DNA of 64,000 bases from a virus: positions 104,935 to 168,934 of IMG/VR virus record IMGVR_UViG_3300034111_001103. The stretch is one strand, 5' to 3'. Below the pieces are notes generated by a model. That model was not told the origin of the DNA. It was given only the letters and a program-made list of their open reading frames with translations, and made no database searches. Made by a program: the position numbers and the translations under genes. Shown here in pieces: positions 17,901 through 28,800 of this stretch (position 1 is its first letter; the number at the start of each line of letters is the position of its first letter).

Positions 17901-19148
17901 ATGGATAAAATTTGTGGAATTTATAAAATAACTAGTCCTTCTAATAGAGTATATATTGGACAATCTAGAAATTACAATAAAAGAATAAATGGATATAAAA
18001 AATATAATTGTAAGGGACAACCAAAATTATATAATTCTTTAAAAAAATATGGTTTTAAAAATCATATAGTTGAATTAGTTCATGAATTAACTTTAGATAT
18101 TGATCAAAAAGATTTAAATTATTGGGAACTTTTTTATTATAATAAATATAAAAATGAAGGTTTTCATTTATTAAATTTAAGAGAATGTGGTGCTAATGGT
18201 AAATTTTCAGAAGAATCTCGATTAAAAATGAGCATTTCTGGTAAAAATAAAATAATAACAGAAGAACATAAAAGAAATATGGGGTTAGCTCAAAAAGGCA
18301 GAAAACATACTGAAGAAACTAAAAAGAAAATGAGTGCCTGGCAAAAAGGAACTATTTTAGGTACAGGTAAACCTATTTTAAAACTTGATTTAAATATGAA
18401 TTTAATAAAAGAATATGCTTCTGTAACTCATGCTCAAAGAGAAGAAAATATACCAAAACAAAATATAACAGAATGTTGTAAGAAAAATTTACAAAAATTA
18501 AAAACAAAAATTAGAAATAAAACAAATAAATTTACATGTAGAGGGTTTATTTGGGAATATAAAAACAAAGATAATATGAAAGAAATAAGTGAAACAGGTT
18601 ATTGGAATGGAGAAACAGCTCATATTCATCATGTACATTGTAAAGAACTAAGTAAATGGATATGTGAGTTTTTAGAAGAAAATGTAGGTCTAGATTGTCC
18701 TATAAGAGATCTGGCATGTGGATTGGGGAATTATCTTAGAGATTTAGATAATGAAGGTTTTATAAATTTAGCAGGATTTGAAGCTGATCTTCCAAAACAT
18801 AAAGTATTTGATAATATTTTACAACAAGATTTAACTATACCTTTTACTATATCTCCTAAAGGAGTAGTTATAAGTCTTGAATGTGGAGAACATATTAATC
18901 AAATATATATGGATAAATATATAGACAATATATGTAATAATTGTAATAATTATCTTATTATGTCTTGGGCTATAAGAGGGCAAGAAGGATTTGGTCATGT
19001 TAATTGTCTTGACAATCATGAAGTTATACCATTAATAGAAGAAAAGGGTTTTAAATTAATGGAAAAAGAAACAGAGGAAGTTAGAAATATAGATCTTTCA
19101 GAAGCTCCTTGGTTTAAGAATACATTATTAATATTTAAAAAAGTATAG
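17901..19148 (+). CDS. GIY-YIG homing endonuclease (NUMOD3/NUMOD1) fused in frame to a SAM-dependent methyltransferase
   Basis: GIYKIT...VYIGQS, KHTEETKKKMS, IKEYAS...NITECC...GFIWEY; second ATG at 18576 begins DLACGLGNY...SLECGEHI...GHVNC. Confidence 0.8.
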   Translation: MDKICGIYKITSPSNRVYIGQSRNYNKRINGYKKYNCKGQPKLYNSLKKYGFKNHIVELVHELTLDIDQKDLNYWELFYYNKYKNEGFHLLNLRECGANGKFSEESRLKMSISGKNKIITEEHKRNMGLAQKGRKHTEETKKKMSAWQKGTILGTGKPILKLDLNMNLIKEYASVTHAQREENIPKQNITECCKKNLQKLKTKIRNKTNKFTCRGFIWEYKNKDNMKEISETGYWNGETAHIHHVHCKELSKWICEFLEENVGLDCPIRDLACGLGNYLRDLDNEGFINLAGFEADLPKHKVFDNILQQDLTIPFTISPKGVVISLECGEHINQIYMDKYIDNICNNCNNYLIMSWAIRGQEGFGHVNCLDNHEVIPLIEEKGFKLMEKETEEVRNIDLSEAPWFKNTLLIFKKV

Positions 19149-19150
19149 AT

Positions 19151-19363
19151 ATGAAAGAAAATATAGTTTTAAAAATAACATTTAAAGAAGATTTATTAAA
19201 ACAAAATGATTATGAAATAATGTACACTAAGGGTAATATTGATAAACTTAAATTACCTAAACTTGATAAAACAATGGTATATTATTTAAAAGATATGTCA
19301 GAATTTCCTGAAGTTATAGGTTATTTTAACTTAGATGAAATAGAAAGTATTCAATTTAAATAA
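19151..19363 (+). CDS. hypothetical protein
   Basis: Last + strand ORF before the terminator. Confidence 0.65.
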   Translation: MKENIVLKITFKEDLLKQNDYEIMYTKGNIDKLKLPKLDKTMVYYLKDMSEFPEVIGYFNLDEIESIQFK

Positions 19364-19374
19364 TACAAAAAAAC

Positions 19375-19410
19375 AAAAGACCTACTAAATTAATAGTAGG
19401 TCTTTTTTTT
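19375..19410. terminator. bidirectional intrinsic terminator at the convergence of the two gene blocks
   Basis: AAAAGACCTACTA (19375-19387) / TAGTAGGTCTTTT (19394-19406), with an A-run before and a T-run after. Confidence 0.92.
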
Positions 19411-19463
19411 CATTAACATTAAAATTACAGCAAAACATGAAAAGTATTAAAACAAAAAAGTTA

Positions 19464-19760
19464 TTATTTCTGAATATTATTTCTAGTGAAGAATTCTTCT
19501 TTTAGGGTTTTATCTTCGTTAAGATCTGAAGCAGTATAGAGTAATAGATTTTTCTCTTCTATATTTCTATCTTTTATAGCATTTATGATAGCTACTGGTT
19601 CTTCAAATATTTGAAGAAAGTGTTGTAAAGCCATAAATTCTCTAGGTTGTAATGTGATTAGTTTATCTGTAGTTACATATCCTATTGGAGCTTCATTTAA
19701 GATTTGTGGTATATCTTGTATGTCATTTGTTAAAATATCAGGATTATCTGTTGGTGTCAT
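19464..19760 (-). CDS. hypothetical protein with its own promoter
   Basis: ORF with A-rich leader and an upstream promoter. Confidence 0.7.
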   Translation of the reverse strand: MTPTDNPDILTNDIQDIPQILNEAPIGYVTTDKLITLQPREFMALQHFLQIFEEPVAIINAIKDRNIEEKNLLLYTASDLNEDKTLKEEFFTRNNIQK

Positions 19761-19776
19761 ATATTTTTTGTTTTAA

Positions 19777-19823
19777 TTGTTTAATAATTTGTAAAAGTAA
19801 TAATAAAAATTGATATAACCAAA
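19777..19823 (-). promoter_or_regulatory. Bacteroidota-type promoter/leader
   Basis: On - strand: TTTG (19823-19820), 20 nt, TACTTTTA (19799-19792). Confidence 0.65.
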
Positions 19824-19829
19824 TTTATT

Positions 19830-22800
19830 TTATTGTATTTTTGGTCTACGAGCATCTAATAGTTTTCTATAACTAGGAGATATTTGTTTTACTATTTTAT
19901 TTATACCTTTTGCTGGAGTAGCATTTAATTGTTTATCTATAACTCTATTTGTTTTTAAAGCTTCATCATCTCCTGTTAAAGTAAAATATGTTTCTTTTAG
20001 AGGAGCATATATATAAGAATCTATTAAATTCCAGGCAGTTCCTATGGTTGGAATAGGTCCTTGTAAAAGCATTATTTTTAATTGTTCAGGGTTAAACACA
20101 AAAGATTGCTCTCTAAGGGATCTTGTAAGAACTACTATTACTATATCTAAAGTAGTACGATAGGTATCTTTTTCTTTGTTATCATCATCATCTCCTCCTA
20201 CTATAAAAGGTAATATAAATTTAGCTAGTAAAAATAGAGTTAAAAGAGACTTTGCTTCTTTTAAAGAATTTTCATATTGTCTAACATAAAATCTAATAAA
20301 TTCAGCTTCAGTTACTTTAAGATTTTTAGATGTTTTTTTGAAAAACTCTACTTGCATTACTTTATATCTTTCTTTAGCTATATCTTCTAAGGTTATAGTA
20401 TTGTTTTTATTGACACTTTTTCTAACTATTTCTGGTAATACGGAACTCATATTATGAAATACTAGGAAAGGTATATGTTTTCCATAACTAGCAAATAATA
20501 AATCAAGGGATAATCTCATTCTACCCCATTCTAATAAATTAGTGTTTTTGTTAACATTAAAAGGTTCTAACCTTGTAGCTATAGTCTCTCCTAACCATTT
20601 TTTATGTTGAGTTACAAACTTAGCCCACCATTTAGTCATAAAAGTATTAATATCTTGTTCACTGTAGTTACCTAGAGTTTTAGCTATAGTATCTTCTATG
20701 ATGGAAGTTAGGAGGATATTATTTTTAGCATCTAAATTTAAAGAGTTAGTACTCACTAAATTATAAAGACTATTTGTTTTTTTATACTCTTTTATTTCTT
20801 TATCTATCTTTTTAGCTAATTTAATTCTTTCTTCTTTAGGTAAATTATACCTATCTGGGTATTTATTGTTTATAAAATCTTCTACAGAGATAATATTATT
20901 ATTTTCATCTACAGTAGTACCATAGTATATACTAGCTATAATTTTACTTTGTATAATATGATCTCCAGCAGAATAAAGGAATAAAGAAGCTTTTGTTACA
21001 TTTATATATCTTTTTTCAGTAGTTTTATACTTATTAGTGGTATATACTTGATCAGACATTTCTACAAAAGGATTAAACATTTTATTCAGTTTTGTAAAGT
21101 TTTTTACATTTACAGCTGTGTTTTTATCTTTTATAGCAGGTAATATGCTATTTTGAAAATCACTACTATTATAATAAGTATTATTTGTTAAGGTAGAGTT
21201 AGTTAAACCTGCCACTAAATTGGTTAGAGGAGCTGTGTAAGTAAAACCTAAGTTAACTTGAGTAGTTAAACTATACAACCAATTAACAATATTTATTAAT
21301 GCCCCTTTAGGAGCTAATTTATCATTATATAAATAATAATCAATATGTCTATTTAAGTCTCTAAGAGTACCTTTATCTCCTTCAGTTATACCTAATTTTT
21401 TATTATCATCATAATAAGGCATACCACTATCATCTAAAGGTAAAGTAATATTTCCTTTAGAATTATCTGTGTTTATCTCTTTTGTTTTGTTGTTTTCTAC
21501 TATAGAAAGTAATTGAAATCTAGATTCATATTCTTTTAGTATTTTATACTCAATTACATGATGACCAAATACTGAGAATATATAAAATAAATCTTTGGAA
21601 AGACTCATATCATATAATACTTTTTCTTTGTTATATCTTTCTTGATATGCTTCTGGAGATTCTAAAGGTTTTCTCTTAAGGAAAAAAGTATTGTTATATT
21701 TACTTCTAATTTTCTTTTTATCTTTGTTAGTAAAAGGATCTGATATATTTTGAGAAGAATAAGTATTAGTTAAAAATCTATCATAAAAAGCATAGAATTT
21801 ACTTAAAATATAGTTTTTAAATAAACCAGCTTTTAGGTAAGTAAATATTTTAAAAGAATCATTTTTAACTTCTGGAAGATTGTTTAAAGATTCTATCATA
21901 CCTGAATCTTTAGCATCTGTTAAAATATCTTGTAATTGATTGTAAAAATCAAAAACTTCTTTATTTTCAGGTTTTAATAATTCTCTATATTCATCACTTA
22001 TCCATTTATCTTCATTAATTGTTTGAAATAATAATTCATTTTTATTAAAACCAGATGTTTGTAATGCTTTTGGATTAGTAAAAATATTATGTCTATATTC
22101 CCATTCTTCTAGTTTTTTTGCTTGTATATCTGCATTTTCAAAAGGATCTGCATCAAAAATATAATTATCTACTACTTCTTTATAAGCTTTGTAAGCTTCT
22201 TCATAAAGTTGAACATATTTTTTAATATCATAATTTTCTTTGATAAAGGGAGTTATATAAGCTCTATATTCTTTTGAAATTTGAGTTATTCTTTCTTTAG
22301 AACTTAATTGAATAGATACACCTTTAATAATATCTCTATGTTTTTTAATAGCTTCTTCTTTCTTATCAAAAAGAGTTTGAAAATATTCTTTTTTATATTT
22401 ATAGATTAGTCTTCTATTTACTTTATCATATACTTTAGAATAAACACCTTCTAAGTTAGTTTTATTGGTTTTTACCCAAGATTGTAAACCAACCATTAAT
22501 TTTTCCATTTTACTATCAAAAGATTGTACTTCTTGCTCTTTTAAATAGTTAATCATTTTTTGTAATCTAGTAAACATTTGTAAAGATAATTCTGGTCTAG
22601 AATATAAACTATAAGAATTAATCATTGTAGAAGATTTTACATCTATATCAGAAACATTATCATCCATTCCTAATATTGTACCTACTTGATTCATAGTTTT
22701 AGTAACAGCTACTGTTAATTTTTCTTCACTTATAGTAATTTTAGCTTTTACACTATTTATACTTTTAACCAATTCAGGAGACATATCTTTATGAATAGTT

Positions 22801-25800
22801 TCTAATTCTCCTAATGTAGGAAAAACTTTTAAGAAAGAACTTAAGAAATTATGATTTTCATACATTTTATCAAAATATAACCTAAGTTCTTGTTGTTGTT
22901 CTGGAATTAAATCTGATAAATTTTTATTATCTTTTAAGAAAGAAAAAGTTTTTTTAGATAATTCATTTATATTAAATAATTCATCTTCAAATACAGTTAT
23001 TAGTAGATTAGTAGTTTTTTTACTTCTTAATTCTTGTATTGTTTTATCAGTTCTTTGAATTTGATCTAGAAGTCTATCTCTATCTAAAGTAGTTGATTGT
23101 GCTCTTTGTTCTAAAGAGTGAGCTTTATAAGCCTCTAGTTTCTCTATTAAAGTATTTAGAAAAGAAATAGGTTTACCTGTAATGTCATCAAAAACTTCTT
23201 CATTTGAAGTAGATATTGGTAGTAAATAAGATTTAGCTTCTTTGTTAGGGTCAACATTTCCTATTTCTAGAGAAGTTAACCTAATGACTAAGTTTTTAGG
23301 GTCTTCAAAAGATTTACTTTTATTTATTTTTTTAGTAGTATTTTCTACTATAATAGGTATAGTTCGAGTTTGTCTAAAGTTTTTAACACCTACACTTAAT
23401 AATGCTTGTTTATATAAAGCTAATTGTTGTCTATGTACTTGTTTAGTTAAAGCATGAACATCTTCTCTTTTCATAGATTTACCTCCTATATTATAAGATA
23501 AATCCATTGATTTCCAATCTAATATATCTACTTGACCTGTAGGTAATATTGCTAAGAAATCTATAGTTCCTGCATATCCATATACTTCATTAACTATTTT
23601 AGTTTCTACCATAAATCTAGTATCTTTTGGATAAGATATTAGTCTTTCTTTTAGATGTTTTTCTAATATATTATAGTATTTTTCAGGAATAGCAATATTT
23701 TGGGGTCTATCTTCAGGAGTTACTTTTAAAAATCCTGTTTCTTTATCAATATGTCTTCCTATAATTTCTTCTATAGTAGAGTGAATTTCAGTACCTTTTT
23801 TCATTTTTTCTTCTTTAATGAAGGCAGTTATCTCTGTTTCATCTATAGTTTTATAGTTACCTATATTAGTTTTTATTTCATTTAGCACAGTACTAACTCT
23901 TTTTTTCATACCTGTACCAGTAACATAATAAGTAACTTCCTCTTCTTTACCTGTTTCAGGATTAATTTCTCTAGCTACTACAAGAGAAGTTTCTTCATTT
24001 ATTTTCTTTAGAAGATCAAAAATCTCTTTAGAGTCTTTTAGAGAAGGTATAATAAGATGATAATCTTCTACAGAGGCTACTCCAAATGCTTTCTTAGTTT
24101 TAGCCATAGTACTAGAAAATATATTTGCTTTACTCATTTTTTTAGAGTAAAAAACACCATCACCTAATTTATCTACATCTTCTTTATTAATAAGATTATC
24201 TTTAGTAACTATATCATTAGCAAATTCTTCAAAAAGATCTCTTTGATATGCAGGTATTTTAGAAAATAAGTTTGTAATAAAATCACTTACTTTATCCCAT
24301 AAAGCTCCAAATATATTTTTAGTATCATTTATATTAGTGTTATCTACTAGTTTTGCTACTAAAAGTTTTACCACAGCTTCTTTTTTAAGCTTAGCTATAT
24401 CAGGTTTACCTTCTTTAGTTTGATACTCAGGATCATCTTTATAGTTATCTAAAACTTCTTTGTAAATACCAAATTTCCATATCTCTGAAATCATTTTATC
24501 ATATAGAGTAGGATCTTTTTGTTCTATAATATTAATAATTAAGTGGATAACTTCTTCTGTAAAATTGTCCTCTGTTAATTCTCCTTTAGAGAAAGATATT
24601 AACTTTTGTAACATATCTACTTTAGCTAGAGTATCTTTAGGTAGATCAGCATCTCTTTCAATAGTAATACCTAAGATTTTTAGTATTTCTTGTAGTTTCT
24701 TTTTTACTTCAGATTCTTTAATTTCTACTAAGTCATCTGTAGTATTATCTTTTGAAGAAGTAACTTCTTGTTCTATTACTATAGGAGTATTTAATATTTT
24801 TCTTACTTCAGTATCAGTACTAGTATCAGTATTATTTTCATTATTTTGATTACTACCTTTATTAACAAAATCTTTAAATCTTTCTATGTCTTGTTTAGAA
24901 CCTAATATATGTATTTGTTCTGGTTCAAATACTATATAGTCTTTATATAAATCATAATCTGCAATAACAGAATCAATATTTCTATCAGTATATCCTTTAG
25001 CTTTTTCATAGGTCATATCAGAAAGAACTCTTGCTCTATCGTTGCTTATGTTTTTAAACCCTAAAAATTCTTTAACATTTAAAATAGCGTTTATTTTATT
25101 TTTACCATAATCTTTTATACGACTTAGATCGTTACTGAAAAAATAAGCATTAGCTGTGTTAGATATTTCCCTGTTAGGTATTTTTTCAATATTTTTAGAA
25201 AATGATTCAAATATTTTATCAGTACCATGATAAACAATATTTTTTACAACTGAATTTGGGAATATTTGATCTAAGTATTGAGAGTATTGTTGTAAAGCTT
25301 GTTGTTTTTGTTGTGGTGTTATTTGGGCAATGCTATTAACTTCATATAAATTAGTATTGTTAAATACAATAAAATCGCTTTTACCCCCTGTTACAAATGA
25401 TGGAGGTAATATTTCTATAGCATCGTACTGATTATAAACTTCTTTTAATTTTAATTGATTTTTAGAATACTCATCATAAGAAATAGTTTTTACATTTTTA
25501 ACATTTGCAAAAACAGTTAAAATTTTAGAAGAAGTTGCCACATGTGTTGTACTTTTATCTTGAGATAAATATATACCTTGATATTGAGGTTCTTGGTAAG
25601 GATGCTTATTATTAACCAATGATTTTCTTTTATCTCCTACATAAAGTGGTTGCTGTATTGCAGAATTAATAAAAGGATTTATTAAATTATTAGTATTAGC
25701 ATCTTTTACTTCTAATAATTTTTTATCTGCTTTTATTTTTTCTCCTAAAATTTCAAAATTATCAGTTTTTAAATTTGATAATAATACATTTAAACTAATT

Positions 25801-28800
25801 TTTTGTTTAGGAGAACCATATTCTATATCAAAATACGCATTACCTAATTCTTCTGGAGTTTTATAAAATTCTCCTGCATCATCTTCACTTTTAAAATATT
25901 CTCCATCAAAAATAAAAGTATAGTCTCCTATTTTTATAATGTCATTTTTTTTAGCCTGATATATTTTATTTAAAGCTACTTTATCAATTTCTAAAATAAG
26001 TTTTTTTAATTCATTTTCTTGCTCATTAATTTTTTTATTACTTTGAAACCCTAAAGCTTCATATACTTCATTAGCAAGATTACTATCACTTTCAAATAAT
26101 TCTTCTACTCCTAGTTTGATATTAGCTTCTTCTTGACTAAATAAACTATCTTGTTGATTAGTATTGTTTGTTGTATTGTTATTATTTGATTTTGTACCAT
26201 ATTTAACAAATCCACCTATAAGTTCATTTACTTCTTTTTCATTTAATATTTTACCTGTAAATTTAGTAATCCAAGTTTGAATTGAAGTTAAGAATTCTTT
26301 CCACCAAGAAGGTTTTGGTTTATCTATTAATGTTTCAGCCCATCTAGCTGCTAATTCCATTAATAATTTTATTTTACCTTCTTCACTTTGATTGGTAAAA
26401 CCATAATCCAACATTAAATTTTCTAAAGAAGTATGTCCTGTTCTTTTTAAAAGTTCAGGTAATTTTTCCATTAATTGTTTTTCAGCAGAAAATAAAACTT
26501 TTCCTAATTCTTGTACTCCTCCTAATTCTTTAGCCATTCTAATCATACCTCTATGAGCTACTTCATGTATACCTACTTTTGATGCTTCTTCTATAGGTGT
26601 ATTAGAAGCTACTACTACTACTTTGTCTGCTTTTGCATCATAATATCCTTGTATTTGATTAGTATTAGTTTTAGAAAATGGTAATTCATCTAGATCAAAA
26701 CCATCATAATCCATTTTATTTAAAATTTGTGCTAAAGTAAATGTAGGATTTTCTACTTTATATTTTTCTAGTATTGTTTGATTATATTTTACACTTCTTT
26801 CAAGTGCAGTAGCTTCTTGCTCTGCTTGTTTTTTTAATAATTTTTCTTCAGTTTCTTTATCTCTTTTTATAATATTATCTTCATATATTTTTTTTAAATC
26901 TATTCTCTCTTCTTTTATATTATGAGGTAAATATGAAAACACATCAGGTGTTTTTGTTACAGCCATTGTAACAAGCTCATTATAAAATGGTAAATTTTCA
27001 TCTATATGAGTTATATTATAAGGGGAAGATTCCACACCTATTCTTGCAATTTCTTCGTTATTTCTTAATTCAGGTTTTAATAGTTCAAAAAATTCTAAAT
27101 AATCAGGATTTTGTAAAACTTCTTCTACAGTATTTAAATTTTCAACTGCTGTGCTTCTTCTTTCTAAATCTTCTTCAAACAATCTTTCATTTTCTTCTCT
27201 TTCTCTTCTATATTCTCCTTCTATATCATCTCTATCATCATCTGGATAAAAATCAGCTGGATCCCAATCATAACCATATATATCAAAAACTTTTTCATCA
27301 GCATCAACCTTACCTGCTTCTTTAGCTTTTTTAGCCCTATTTAAAGAATCATTATTAGTATCTAAATTATGCTTTTCAAAGAAAGCTAATATATCATCAT
27401 AATGATCTATTGAAGAAGTTCCATTATTAGCTCTTGATGTGACTTCTTTTACTTTTCTTAATTCAGATTCTTCTAATAGGTTTTGTATTTTAATTTTTAA
27501 ATACTTTAATTCTGTTTGTAAATCTTCATTTATTCTTTTAATAGTGTTTTCTTCTTTGTTAAGAATTTCTTCTCTACTGTTTGCTGAAAGTTGATACTTA
27601 ACCCCCATAAATGGTTTTATAGTAGTAGTGAAAGTAGATGGTTGCCCTTTAATTCTATTTCTATCTACTATTGTATAAGACTCATTATTTTCTAAATCTT
27701 TAATTTTATTTTCAAGGTCTTGTATTTTTTCAGAATTATCTACTCCTGGATAAGCTTCAATTCCAGCAACAGTAACACCATCAACAATTAATAAATAGTT
27801 ATCATAATTCTCTACATAATGAGAAGCCATACCTGATGCTGTGCACCAAGTTGAAGGAGATAGTTTTCTAAGTAGTTCTACATTTACTTTAAATTGAGAA
27901 TTATTTTTCCAATTTTCTGGTTCTACATCCTCAAGTTCTTTTTTAAATTTTTCTATCTTGTAGTCTTCATTATGAGGATTTTTATCAACAGATACATTTT
28001 TTTTGTCCATAGAAAAAACTATAGCCTCATTTTCTGTTTTAAATCTTTGAATAATAGGTCCCATTACAACACTAACTGTCCAAGGATTATTTTTTATTTC
28101 TTCCCATTCAGCAATTTGTTTCTCTCTATTTTCTTTAAAATCTTCATAACTACTAAATCCTAAATAATTTGAGGAACTAGTTCTAGGAATATGCACCCAA
28201 TATCCTTTACCACTTGCAGAAGGTTCATGACCAACTGCATCAGATACTGTTTTTAATACTTCAGAATCATATAATTTACCTATTCTATTAAGTTCATGTG
28301 GTTTATTTACAGCTATACCATAAGTTTGTTGTAGTGCTACTGCTGATAATTGTAAAACAAACTTAGATCTTCTTTCAGGATTTCTTAAATGTTTAATAGC
28401 ATGTTTTAACATTAAATCTTTAAAAACAACAGGATAATTTTCTAATGCTTTTACCCATTTATCAAAACTTTTTTTAATGTCTTTATTTTTTAAAATAGGG
28501 TCTTCTAACTTTAATAGTTTGTTATAACTATCATTAGCCATTTTCTCTATTTGAGCTTCAGAAGTAATGCTTTTAATAATTTGACCTCTTGATGTATTAG
28601 CAGATAAGTTTATACCAAACCAATTAATTAGAAACGGATTTGTTATTCCTTTTTCTTCTAGTACATCTTTCATAGAAAGAAATAAGTCTTGTCTACCTAA
28701 TATATCTAAAGGCACATCTTGTACTACTGTAACAGCATTAGCTATTTCTTTAGGTAATTGATTTTTAATAACATTAGTTATTTCTTCTGTTGTAGAAATT

